Source: Octopus vulgaris
Lineage: Eukaryota
NCBI GenBank assembly: GCA_951406725.2
Contig: OX597821.1
Span: forward strand, 37,448,001-37,512,000
DNA length: 64,000 nt
Reading direction: 5' to 3'
Shown here: one piece after another, positions 38,046-51,060 of the stretch
Numbering within the stretch: the first letter of the stretch is position 1
Layout of the letters: the number at the start of each line of letters is the position of its first letter
Notes under the pieces: generated by a model
The model's input: the letters and a program-made list of their open reading frames with translations, nothing else
What the model was told of the DNA's origin: nothing
Database searches by the model: none
Program-made: the position numbers and the translations under genes

Positions 38046-38486
38046 ATGGTAATACCAAGCGCAACCAAAAGTATCAGTGGGGAGGCGGGGCTCGTGGGGT
38101 CCGAGCTAAACCCGCACCCACTCCACCTGTAATGTCTTCCGGTCTGTTTCATCATTCGATTTTGTGTATATTCTTGTAATTTCATGTTATTTTTAAATCC
38201 GATTTTTTGTAAAAACCATCCGTATGTCTGACCCCACATCAGATTGTATTGTCCCCTCTATGTTCGCCCCTTGTGGGTAGTAATAAAATCAACTGAATAC
38301 TCTTCATGTGGTGCCTTACTGCTTTCTGCTGGATTTTACCTCGAGAAAGGAACCCTGAGGAAGGAGGGCTGAATTTCGAATACTTCGTACAACAAACGGC
38401 TGCAGGTTAGGAAAAAATTTTAATCGCCTCTTTCAATTTAGGTTTTTATTTTTCATGTTTATATTCGTATTTCATTGTTTTGTTTA

Positions 38487-38840
38487 TATTGGGTTGTCCG
38501 GAAAGTTCGTTCTGATTTTTAAAGGAAAGTACATGGTCACTAAATACTTGCCATTACATTTTTAATGAACCAAATCTGAACCATTTCGTTGCACAATACG
38601 TCTCCATCTTACCTTTACCTTAAAAATACCCTCTTCCCAGAATTGGGGTAGTTTCAAGGCAAATAATTCATCAAGGTATCTTTTTACGTCATCTAAGGAA
38701 TTGAAATTTTCTCCATTAAGACTATTCTGCAGAGACCTGAATAAGTGGAAATCCGAAGGAGTAATATCTGGTGAATATGGAGGGTGGGGTAAGTCACCCC
38801 AGCCAGGCTGCAGCAATTTTTGTCTGGTTCTCAAAGCATC
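38487..38840 (-). mobile_element. mariner (DD34D-type) 3' fragment
   Basis: LPHPPYSPDITPSDFHLFRSLQN motif; TIR-like tattgggttgtccggaaagttcgt at 38487. Confidence 0.8.
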
Positions 38841-39329
38841 AAATGCCGATAATGAATTTTTCTCATCTTTTAATTTAAAGGGTTACAGAATTAACACAGG
38901 TTATTGGAACATAAACCTTCCTCCACGAAAAGATAGATTAAACTGTGCTCCAAATGGAGGTGTAGTCAAATCCTATTTTATGGACTCAAACATTTTTATC
39001 ATGAAATTCTTAATATAAATATGTGGATATTCGTATGGAATAATACCTCATGTGCTACATCTGAATTTTCTTGTCTGAATGTTTTAAGACAAATATCCGA
39101 AATTTTTTATCGTATACCACATTTTATTAATACTTGTCTCATATACGGAGACAAAAATGTTGTACTATATACTGCAGGTTATCTCCATTAAAATTATATT
39201 TAGCATTAAAATTCTTCAAGTTATATAAAAATGGTTATTGTCTGCATCATTAGAAAGCGAAATAAATTTTGCATAAGGTGTAAAAGATAAAAATAATTTG
39301 TACGGTGTTAGTAACAAGATATTTTGTAA

Positions 39330-41768
39330 GAAATAGAACTTTTATCGTCTGTCTTAAATATATTTTCGCCAATGACTCTTTTGGTTTCAAAGCGAAGAAC
39401 TCTGAAATGTCAGGTTCGACCTCCCCCTGGCTTGCGAAAGTTGTATCCCCCTACTAATTCTGTAAACTATGAAACAAAGGGTATCCTGAAGGAGTAAGAT
39501 CGGGAGAATAAGTTGGATGAAGAAATTTTTCCAAATCGACCCCTTCGATCTTCTGTGATGTGATCTTTGCAATGTGGGGTTGCGCATTGTCCTGATGAAA
39601 CATCACTCGTTTTCGACACACTAAAGCGGCTCTTTTTTCCTTCAAAGCTTGGTTCAAACGCTCTAATTGCTGACAGTAGACTTGAGCATTGATTGTTGCA
39701 TTAGGTGGTAACAATATAAAGTGAATTACGCCTTTGCAATCGCACCAGATAGAGAGTAGAACCTTTTTCCCATGAAGTTCCCTTCTCGGTTGTGGTTGAG
39801 AATTTTCCCTTTTACCAAGCCACTGTTTACGACGTCTAACATTTCGATAGAAAATCCATTTTTCATCACAAGTCTATCGAAAAAGGGTGAAATGAGTTTG
39901 CGAGAATGGAGAGAAGAGCAGATGCCAACTCTGGATTTGCGGTTGCTTTCGGACAATACATAAGGCACCTATTTTCCAAGTTTAGAAATCTTTCCACGTT
40001 GTTGAAGATGACGATGAACTGTTGTATGGTTTGAAGTAAGCTTTATTGCCAATTCTTCAACTGATAATGACGGATTTTCTTCAAGTAATGCCTCAAGGAG
40101 CTTGTCAAACTCAACTGGACATCCTGTTCGATATTCATCTTCAATTTTGCAGACGATCTCCTGCAAGTTCTTTCATTCGAGCACTTTGCTATAAACTGAG
40201 TGTATGTTTCGAGTCACTTCGGCTGCAGAGTTACCTTTATTGTACTCATAAAGAATTATATGTGCCTTAAATGCTCCTTGGATACTTCCATGTTGAAAGG
40301 GTTTTAATCAAAGCAATTTTAGGGTGTCCACGAAGTCTGGGTTTATGGAATAAAATCATAACATAAGAAATAATAATTTTCCTTTTTTACTTTTGTTTAA
40401 ATTAAATAAAAAAAATACTTTACTTTTCTAAATTTATTTGTTATTTTTTCTACAGATGATCGAATGATGGCTCTGTCTAAAGAAGAAAAAATCCCAGATC
40501 GAATGATGAATCTGTCTAAAGAAGAAAGAATCGAGTTAGTATTATTAAGTGGACGAGAGGGATGGTCTTATCGCAAAATTGCGGAAGAATTTAATCTTCC
40601 ACACCCTTGTAGGCAACCTATTTATTTTACTGCCGTCAGGAAATTGATCAAGAAATTTAAAGAAACAGGCAGTGTTTCGGATAAACCCCGTTCCGGGCGA
40701 CCAAAGACTTCAGATGAAACTAAAGAGGCTGTCGAGGCTAAAGTTTCTGCTAGCTAGCCCCCAAAATCACTTCGTCGGACATCTACGGTGTTAGGTGTTC
40801 CAAAACCAACCATCCACAAAATGCTGGTTGAGGAAAAGTTTCATCGATACAACCTACAGATATTGCATCACTTAAATTAAGACGATCCTGATAGACGAAT
40901 AAATTGGATGAAAATATCAATTTTACGAAAAACTTTGTTGTTCAGTGACAAAGCTACGTTTTATGTAAATGGTGAGGTCAACAGACAGAATCTTCTATAC
41001 TGGTCTCGAGGTAATCCACATTGGATGGATCTATCCAAACGGCAAGACAGCAAAAAGGTGATGGTGTGGTGTGGTTTTTGGAAAGCTCATGTTCTAGGAC
41101 CCTTCTTCATTGAACATGTAAAGGATGAGACTTATGCAAATATATTGAGAGACAAATTAATATCTTAAATTGAGCGCCTAGGCGAGGACCTTCCGAATTG
41201 GTTTCAGCAGGATGAGGCCCCTATCCATTTTGCCACAACTGTTAGAGATTGATTTAATGACACTTTTCCTCCTCACTAGATTGGAAGAAGAAGGGGTCAT
41301 ATGGAATGGTCCCCTCGTTCACCAGACCTTTCTCCCCTTGATTTCTTTTTCTGGGGTATGTTGAAAGAGAAAGTTTACTCAATAAAGATTACAGATTTAA
41401 AACACACGAGAGAACGCATTACCAGTCAGTGTGCTTAAATTGATGGCAATATAGACTTATTTAATCAAGTTCACCTGAATTTTGCAAGGCGCATCAAGTT
41501 ATGCATTGAAAATGATGGAAATCACTTTGAAAATATTATTTATTATAATTAAATAAAATTGTTTTGTTTTAAATGTATGTGTTAATTCCCATGTACGCAG
41601 ACTTTGTGGACACCGTCTATTATTTTGTAAAACAATATTGAACTAGTTTAAACATACACAAATGCATAAAAATAATTTTTAATTGAATTAGACATTTGCA
41701 AATACTATTAAATTTCATTCAACTCTAAAAAGCAGGTAAAATTGGACAGAACTGACTGGATGACTTGA
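39330..41768 (-). mobile_element. Decayed mariner element interrupted by the 40.3-41.6 kb transposon
   Basis: Fragments ELAIKLTSNHTTVHRHL, *VPYVLSE, FHQDNAQPH, HPTYSPDLTPSGYPLF. The AT-rich 5' leader and a TIR-like end continue at 41620-41768. Confidence 0.7.
40320..41619 (+). mobile_element. Tc1/mariner-superfamily DNA transposon, DD41D (rosa/Visitor)-like, pseudogenised
   Basis: TIRs ggtgtccacgaagtctgggtttatgg / ccatgtacgcagactttgtggacacc with flanking TA. Motifs KPRSGRP, LFSDKATF, WFQQD and WSPRSPDLSPLDFFFWG; I count 42 codons between the 2nd and 3rd D. Many stops. Confidence 0.8.
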
Positions 41769-42470
41769 TATATATAATCTATGATATTCTAGTAAGTTTC
41801 AAGTTTATAACACCTTGATATCTCATTTTATATGCCTAAGACGTTTATTTTCTATTCTGGTTTTTATATATTTCTATACATTATATTTGTATCTATAATT
41901 TATTTTAAGCCGAAACATAATACGATCCTTGTACGAACGAAAGAACAAGAATGTCCTCTGCAACGTTTATCTTCCACCGGCGTTTGTAATCGATGGTGAC
42001 ATGTGCGATGATTTTGCGACTATCTTATATTTTACAGAGAAATTGGAAGCCCCGAATGTAAGTCAGCGCTTTATGCATAATTCAATATTCATAGTTCTCT
42101 ATTTCTAACAGAAATTCTGTCCTCAATAACTATAGATCTATTTCTAAATGTATTTCTTTTTCTTCATGCACTCCCGTCTGCCTCTTGACAAAGCTTTCTT
42201 TCTCCAGCGTTCACCACGTCATCTCGTTAGGGTTAACCAGCCCTTAGCGAAAATTTTGACTGTCCTGATTTTGTTAGCAGCTTTGACGTTCCACGTATCT
42301 CAAATTTTATCTAATTTGGTTTGGGGGAGCAATTGCTTTGACGAAGACACATCTTGTTGCAATGCGGAGCAAGTAAAATTGCCAACATCTGAGGAAGAGT
42401 TGTTTGTTTTTTATATTCTGCCTTCACGCTATAGTTCTCTATGTAACTAAGATTCTTCTTCCTCTCCTTC

Positions 42471-42820
42471 AAAAGACAAGACAAGACAAGACAAGACACA
42501 AAAGACAAGACAAGACAAGACACAAAAGACAAGACAAGACAAGACACAAAAGACAAGACAAGACAAGACACAAAAGACAAGACAAGACAAGACAAGACAC
42601 AAAAGACAAGACAAGACAAGACAAGACACAAAAGACAAGACAAGACACAAGACAAGACAAGACAAGACAAAAGACAAGACACAAGACAAGACAAGACACA
42701 AAAGACAAGACAAGACACAAAAGACAAGACACAAGACAAGACACAAAAGACAAGACAAGACACAAAAGACAAGACACAAGACAAGACACAAAAGACAAGA
42801 CACAAGGCAAGACACAAGAC
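42471..42820 (+). repeat. (AAGAC)n microsatellite with higher-order ~27-bp variant units
   Basis: Direct reading: aagac arrays punctuated by acaaa. Confidence 0.95.
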
Positions 42821-43119
42821 CGTGAGCCCTAAGCAAGTCGTGTGTAAAATTTGAATGAAATTGGTTGTGTTGTTCTCAAGTTATAGGGATTCGGACAGAC
42901 AGATACAAATTCTTAGTTTCATATATATCGATATACTGGCATTATGACCCGGTCGTTGCCGGGTCATAGTGCTAGACCATGTATATATGTGTTCATATTA
43001 CATATATATATATATATATATACATTTACATACAATACAAAATACAATGTTATATCTTGATATCGCTAGTGATAACAATACTCAAAATATATAACAGACT
43101 GGAATTGTAGGCCCGTCTC

Positions 43120-43300
43120 TTGCAATTTCGACCAATTGTATTTTGTCCTCCCTCTGATGTAGAAGTGTGGCTACAATCCAGCCTACCTCTACTTCTGCGG
43201 GGATATCTTTCATAGTCGCACCAAGACACATTTCGATGGTGCTTTTCTCCAGGTGTTCAAATCTTCTTGTTTTCTCAACATTGTATGCTTTATAGACAAT
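43120..43300 (-). pseudogene. Internally deleted ORF1 fragment of another Tx1-like family
   Basis: IVYKAYNVEKTRRFEHLEKSTIEMCL|ATMKDIPAEVEVGWIVATLLHQREDKIQLVE aligns to IIYKTFNTTSRSIQKIEEKKIENCL and ITMNNIPPEADAEVLVAAVMVGLEEKINILQ. Confidence 0.6.
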
Positions 43301-45907
43301 TGTATATAGGTATGTATATACATGCAAATTGTATATAGGTATGTATATACATGCAAATTGCATATAGGAATGTAAATATATACAAATTGCGTATAGGTAT
43401 GTAAATATATGCAAATTGCATATAGGTATGTAAATATATACAAATTGCATATATGTATGTAAATATATACAAACTGCATATATGCATGTAAATATATACA
43501 AACCGTATAAATGCATGTAAATATATACAAATTATATATATGCATACAAATATATACAAATTATATATATGCATACAAATTATATATATGTATATATGTA
43601 TACAAATTATATATATGTATATAAACGTATACAAATTATATATATGTATATGAACGTACACAAATTATATACATGTATATAAACGTACACAAATTATATA
43701 TATGTATATAAACGTATATAAATTATATATTTGTATATAAATATAAACAAAATATATATAATTATATGTATAATTTGTATATATTTATATACATATATAT
43801 AAATATATACAAATTATATATATGTATATAAATATATACAAATTATATATTTGTATATAAATATATACAAATTATATATTTGTATATAAATATATACAAA
43901 TTATATATATGTATATGAATATATAAAAATTATATATATGTATATGAATATATACAAATTATACATATGTATATGAATATATATACAAATTACATATATG
44001 TATATGAAGATATACAAATTACATATATGTATATGAAGATATACAAATTACATATATGTATATGAAGATATACGAATTACATATATGTATATGAAGATAT
44101 ACAAATTACATATATGTATATGAATATATACAAATTACATATATGTATATGAAGATATACAAATTACATATATGTATATGAAGATATACAAATTACATAT
44201 ATGTATATGAAGATATACGAATTACATATATGTATATGAAGATATACAAATTACATATATGTATATGAAAATATGCAAATTACATATATGTATATGAAGA
44301 TATACAAATTATATATATGCATACAAATTATATATATGTATATATGTATACAAATTATATATATGTATATAAATGTATACAAATTATATATACGTATATA
44401 AACGTATACAAATTATATATATGTATATAAACGTATACAAATTATATATACGTATATAAACGTATACAAATTGTATATTTGTATATAAATATATACAAAA
44501 TATATATAATTATAAATATAATTAGTATATATTTATATACATATATATAAATATATACAAATTATTTATATGTATATGGATATATACAAATTATATATAT
44601 ATGTATATGAATATATACAAATTATTTATATGTATATGAATATATACAGATTATATATATGTATATGAATATATACAGATTATGTATATGAATATATACA
44701 GATTATGTATATGAATATATACAGATTATATATATGAATATATACAGATTATATATATGAATATATACAGATTATGTATATGAATATATACAGATTATAT
44801 ATATGAATATATACAGATTATATATATGTATATGAAGATATACAGATTATATATATGCATATGAAGATATACAGATTACATATATGCATATGAAGATATA
44901 CAGATTACATATATGCATATGAAGATATACAGATTACATATATGCATATGAAGATATACAAATTACATATATGCATATGAAGATATACAAATTACATATA
45001 TGCATATGAAGATATACAAATTACATATATGCATATGAAGATATACAAATTACATATATGCATATGAAGATATACAAATTACATATATGCGTATGAATAT
45101 ATACAATTTATATATGCGTATGAATATATACAAGTTATATATATGTATATGAATATATACAAATTATATATATGTACACAAATATATACAAATTATATAT
45201 ATGTACACAAATATATACAAATTATATATATGCATATGTATATATACAAATTATATATATGCATATGTATATATACAAATTATATATATGCATATGTATA
45301 TATACAAATTATATATATGCATATGTATATATACAAATTACATATATGTATATGAATATATACAATTTATATATGTGTATGAATATATACAAGTTATATA
45401 TATGTATATGAATATATGCAAATTATATATATGTATATGAATATATACAAATTATATATATGTATATGAATATATACAAATTATATATATGTATATGAAT
45501 ATATACAAATTATATATATGTATATGAATATATACAAATTATATATATGTATATGAATATATACAAATTATATATATGTATATGAATATATACAAATTAT
45601 ATATATGTATATGAATATATACAAATTATATATATGTATATGAATATATACAAATTATATATATGTATATGAATATATACAAATTATATATATGTATATA
45701 TACAAATTATATATATGTATATATACAAATTATATATATGTATATATACAAATTATATATATGTATATATACAAATTATATATATGTATATATACAAATT
45801 ATATATATGTATATGAATATATACAAATTATATATATGAATATATACAAATTATATATATGAATATATACAAATTATATATATGTACACAAATTATATAT
45901 ATGTATA

Positions 45908-46288
45908 CTAGCAGTATCGCCCGGCGTTGCTCGGGTTTGTAAGGGAAATAACTATAAAGCATTTTTAGAGAGTTATAGCCAAAATATAGCAAAAAAATGT
46001 GAAAAAAGTTATGGTAAATTTTTTTTGAGAGTTAAAAAGGTGGAGTTGCGTCCCCTAGACAGTCTGTGGTTTGTTTTTGATTCTCGACTCCATGTCGAAT
46101 TTATCGATTTTTTCAGAACTGGGGGAACTTTTCAAAATTTTCACTGCGTTATTTTTGAATTATGACATTGGGCTATGTGTGTGTCAAGTTTCATAAGAAT
46201 CGGTTGAAAGCCGTAGTCAGGGTGAGGGTACAAGCAAACAGACACACAGAAACACACACAGACAAACTGCCGTTTATATATAGAGAGA
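45908..46288 (-). mobile_element. Non-autonomous Helitron with family-B 5' end and family-A 3' end
   Basis: The minus strand starts tctctctatatataaacggcag (like 13801) and ends atttcccttacaaacccgagcaacgccgggcgatactgCTAG|T (like 19293). Confidence 0.8.
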
Positions 46289-46346
46289 TAAACGTATACA
46301 AATTATATATATGTATATAAACGTATACAAATTATATATATGTATA

Positions 46347-48680
46347 CTTTGATACTTTGATAGGTTTCGGCCATTATTGGCCCAGGCCATGTCTAACTTA
46401 ATAGCACCACCTGGTGAAGTCTTTCAAGTCAGAATTTGGGCACTATGGCCCACTCAAGTAGAGAGTTATTGTTTACAGAGACATATCCGGGTGTAGAGGG
46501 TTTATCCGGGATTTCTTGAAGGAATCTGTCCAAAGACTTCTTGAACCCTATAGGGTCAGTTTCTGTTTTAATGTGTTTTGGTGTAATGTTAAAGAGAGCG
46601 GGGCCAATTGAGGTGAAATAATTGTGCCGTATTGTTGTTATGAGATGAGAGTGCGATTTTTGTTTTGGGCGGATGGCACGGGGCCCAAGCCTTAGATGTA
46701 CCTTAAAGGTGATGCCAACATCATTTGGGCAATGCTGATGGAATATTTTCCACATCATGCAGATGATGTAGCGCTCACGACGACGTTGGAGAGAATAGAG
46801 TTTTAGCTTTTCTAGTCGACCCCAATAGTCGAGGCCTGTCATGCCATCTATCTTTTTTGCGATTACCCTTTGAGGTGCTTCCACTTTTATGATACCTTGT
46901 ATTGTGTGGGGAGACCACAGTGGACAACAGTATTCAAGGTGGGGTCGGGCAAAGGTGGAGAAGAGAAGGATAATGGTGTGGATATCTCTCGACTGGAAAG
47001 TTCTGAGAATCCAGGAACACATTCTGCGGGCCATGTCAACTTTGGTGTTTATATGAGTGGCCCAGCTTATGTTGTTGTCCACAATTACTCCCAGGTCTCT
47101 GATGTTGTTGGACGCCGCGAGAGTTTCACCTGAAGGAAGGGAGTATGGGAGTTTCAGGGCATCCTCTTTTCCAAAGTGGATTAGCTCAAATTTATCCTCG
47201 TTCAGTAGCATATTGTTTTTTTCTGCCCATTGGATAACAGCCAGTAGATCTGACTGAAGGCATGTCCGGTCACTCGCCTCATTTATGACCTTCTGTAGCT
47301 TGGAGTCATCTGCAAAGATTTTTATGTTGCTGTGCTTGATGATGTCATTAATGTCATTAATGTAAATGATGAAAAGAAGTGGGCCCAACACAGTGCCTTG
47401 CGGAACGCCACTACTGACTTTGGCTGGGCTTGATTTTACCCCTTCAACTACAACATGTTGAGATCTGTCTGTCAGGAAACACTTGATCCATTTCAGTAAC
47501 TTTCCAGAGACACCAATGTTGGATAGTTTTTTCAATAGGATCTTGTGATCGACCCTGTCGAAGGCCTTACTGAAATCAAGGTAGATGACATCGGTGTTGG
47601 AGCCCTCTCCCAAAGCTCTCAAAATGTCCTCAAAGTGATGCAGGAGCTGCGTTAGGCAGTCCCTTCCATTACGGAACCCATGTTGGTTGGAGATCAGCCG
47701 TCTGTTGCTTTCCAGAAATTGGGTTATTCGAGATCTCACCACCCTCTCAAATACCTTGATGATATGAGAGGTGAGTGAGATCGGACGGTAATTCACTGCA
47801 AGGGACTTGTTTTCCTTTTTGAAAACTGGGACAACAGACTGGGACAGAAGGTTTTTTGGAATATAGCCAGCATCCAGTGAGTTTCTCCACAGATTAGCAA
47901 GGGGAGATGCAAGTTGGTGTCGACACACCTTCAGGACACAAGCAGGGAACCTATCGGGGCCTACTGCTGAATTGTGTTTTATTTCGTTTATCGCCGCTAA
48001 GACATCAGGGGCACTAAACGTTATGTCCGATATAGTGTGTTGGGGGTTGACATCACTGATACAGCCCAGATCGGCCATATCAGGATTGCTGAAAACAGAG
48101 CAGTATTGTTTCTGCAGTATCTCGGCCATGGATTTGGCATTATCTTGGAGAGTGCCAGTTTCGTCAATTAGAGGGCCTACAGTGGAGACAGTGACCCTGC
48201 GTTTCCTCGCAAATGAAAAGAACACTTTGGGGTTGAGTTTGATTTTTTCAATGGCCCACTTCTCCTCAGCTGATCTTTGGTTATTGATGAGGGTCTTCAT
48301 GCATTGTTGGAGGTTATATTTTTGGGATTCAAGCAGTGCGATAGCCGTCGAATGTGTGTGTTGCTGTTGGCAGTACTTTAGTTTGTTAATTTTTTTGTTT
48401 GTTCTTTTTATTTTTCTGATAATGGTTTTTCTGTTTTGGGGGATTCTGCACTTTTTGTTCACAGGTCTTGGTGGGGAGTGTTTTGCACATATGTCTGTGA
48501 CGGTGTCTACAAAGATCTGCCAAGATGTTTTATGGTTGGTGGAGATGTGTGTATGTGTAAAGGACCAGTCAACATGTGATAGCTCGTTCCTGATTGCATC
48601 CCAGTTGGCATTATGGAGATCCATGTTGTCAAATGGGTGGGCTGGAGGAAGGTCACTAGGATTAGCTTTCGGCTGGTGGA
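46347..48680 (-). mobile_element. 5'-truncated CR1/L2-group LINE, young
   Basis: Uninterrupted RT frame, ~80-bp 3'UTR ending in (tcaaagta)2, inserted in the minisatellite. Confidence 0.9.
46429..48680 (-). CDS. Reverse transcriptase ORF2, partial (no endonuclease domain, no native start)
   Basis: SAVGPDRFP, NYRPISLTS, QHGFR, YLDFSKAFDRVDH, SGVPQGTVLGPLLF, IFADDSKL, RDLGV, LYSLQRRRER. The listed Met at 48696 comes from the flanking satellite. Confidence 0.8.
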
Positions 48681-48911
48681 ATATAAACGTATACAAATTA
48701 TATATATGTATATAAACGTATACAAATTATATATATGTATATAAACGTATACAAATTATATATATGTATATAAACGTATACAAATTATATATATGTATAT
48801 AAACGTATACAAATTATATATATGTATATAAATGTATACAAATTATTTATATGTATATAAATGTATACAAATTATTTATATGTATATAAATGTATACAAA
48901 TTATATATATT

Positions 48912-48948
<37 letters not shown>

Positions 48949-49817
48949 GTATACACTGTCCAAGCCTTGCTAGCACGGAAAACGGGCGTTAAACGATGAT
49001 GATTCTCCGTATTTTTTTCTCTCTCCTTTCTCTCTTACTTTCCCACTCTCTTAGTTTTCTTATCTCTCGGACTCTTCCTCGCTTTCTCTTACTCTCTATC
49101 TTTATCTATCTCTCTCCCATTTATAAACAACAGAAGATTTTGAGTAAGTTGAGAAATAAAATATTTAGAAAGATCAATCAGAAATGTGAGGCAGTGATAA
49201 TGGAAAAGTCTGCTTCAAGGCAGACAGCAAAATGCTAACATTTAAAAGGGACAGACGGACTTGCGAGCTGAAGAAAAATAATAAAATATTGGAAACCAAA
49301 GTTTGAAGGGATAGAATCTGAGGATAGTAGAGTTACCATGGCTGGCACTTCTTAACGACGGACAGCAACGTAGTGACAGTTTAACGACTGGCGTAAAATT
49401 TTCAACTTGATGTAAAAGAAAATTCGTAAACACCAAGTTTTGAAGTGATTCTTTCTCACGACAGTAGACTCACCATGGACTCTTTATCATGGACTCTTTA
49501 TCATGGACGGCAACACATTGACGATTAAAAGGCTGGCGCAAATTTTTTAGCTTGATGTAACAGAGAATTCCTAAACACCCGCTCCTTTAAATTTTAATCC
49601 CATTCCAGCCCCATTTAGACCACTTTTCACATTTTGGTTAACATAACCCGATTTCATTCGGGTCTACTGGGGCCACATTTTATAAGATGAGGAATTTTGT
49701 CCTAGAGGTGACGCCTTTCATTTGAGGAAAAAAATAGTTGTCATGCAAACTTGCCAGCACTTTTAACATAGGTATGCATATTTTCAGCTGAATCGACCGA
49801 CTACGTAATGCACACAT

Positions 49818-49853
<36 letters not shown>

Positions 49854-50246
49854 CACGCATTATATATACAAATGTATACAAATGAGATATAGATCTGTAT
49901 AAATTAAATTAGAGATAAAACCACTAATAGGCAAATCAAACAGTGAAAAACCAAACACAAAAACATTAAAAAAAATATAATATAGAAAATATATAAAATA
50001 TAAAATTGAAAAATTTAAATTATTTAAATTGAAAATAAAAATTATTAAATTATATTTATAATTTGTTTAAAAATATATATAACTATGAAAAAGTATGAAA
50101 AAGTTTAACATACATAAATAAAGATATATATACACTTTGTATATATACATTATATATACATATTTATATATAGAACTTACACACACACACATACATTATA
50201 TATACATATTTATATATAGAACACACACATACATTATATATACATA

Positions 50247-50752
50247 TCTATATATATAAAACTCTAGTTGTGTGAGTGTCTGTCCCCTTCGATTTAGATT
50301 CCTAACTCCTCCCACATTTTGCGGTGCAGTTTAACCAAATTCGGGTATCTTATAGTCGTGATTCATATCGAGCCCGTCTGACTATTAGCGCGCGTCAACG
50401 ATGAGTCTACGATTTTAAAAATAATTTAACATCATTTTTTATTCCATTTTAATGCATAAAATGCATCGTGTGTCGATGGCGGCGGAGTTGGCGTCCACGC
50501 TCACAGCTGCACCTGTTTGCTTCTCCCCCTTCCCTCCCTCGTGAAGCTGTGGGGAAGGGAGTGTAAAGAAATCAACGTCGTAATGCGTTGTGAAGGAGAC
50601 CAGCGTTCTTTTAGAACAACGACTTCATGGCTTGAAGACACCAAAACAAAAATGGCTAAGAAAGCCCGAATTTATAAGGGAAGTAACTCTCTAAAAATGC
50701 TTATATAGTTATTTCCCTTACAAACCCGAGCAACGCCGGGCGATACTGCTAG
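50247..50752 (+). mobile_element. Non-autonomous Helitron (family A, longer variant)
   Basis: A|TC start, family-A body with a GC-richer insert, hairpin plus CTAG end. Confidence 0.85.
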
Positions 50753-51060
50753 TCTATATATATAAAACTGTAGTTGTGTGAGTGTCTGTCTCCTACGATT
50801 TAGATTCCTAACTACTCCCACATTTTGCGGTGCAGTTTAACCAAATTCGGGTACCTTATAGTTGTCATTCATATCGAGCCCGTCTGGGTATTAGCGCGCG
50901 TCTACGATGAGTCTACGATTTTAAAAATAACTTAACATCATTTTTTTCCATTTTAATGCATATTTTTTCGTGTGTCGATGGCGGCGGAGTTGGCGTCCAT
51001 GCTCACGCCTGCACCTGTGTTGCTTCTCCCCTTTCTTCCCTCCCTCGTGAAGCTGTGGCG
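50753..51060 (+). mobile_element. Second family-A Helitron joined head-to-tail, 3'-truncated
   Basis: Junction ...gatactgCTAG|TCtatatatataaaactgtag; the body parallels 50247-50550. Confidence 0.8.

Larger units (their letters stand above)
33103..38288 (+). mobile_element. Near full-length L1/Tx1-clade LINE
   Basis: ORF1 with knuckle, then ORF2 with APE endonuclease, RT and a C-terminal Cys/His motif, then a 3'UTR with the shared tail. The 5' boundary is approximate (weak TSD aactgaa). Confidence 0.9.
43300..48910. repeat. AT-rich ~29-bp minisatellite (atatacaaattatatatatgtatatgaat and variants), split by a Helitron and a CR1-like LINE
   Basis: Array at 43300-45907, 46289-46346 and 48681-48910, with blocks of variant units (21, 23 and 29 bp). 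Confidence 0.9.

Noticed and set aside
38340-38400. Possible hammerhead (cctgaggaagg...); similar partial motifs at ~11460-11495, ~20900-20950, ~22150-22170 and ~63080-63095
   Set aside because: One half of the catalytic core or the pairing stems is missing.
42311-42836. Cys/Leu/Val-rich and Lys/Thr/Arg-rich repeat ORFs
   Set aside because: Stop-free frames of the (AAGAC)n array; no spacers, so not CRISPR-like.
47972-48715. 247-aa plus-strand ORF (and other antisense ORFs over LINE coding regions)
   Set aside because: Antisense shadows of retroelement ORFs with no recognisable motifs.
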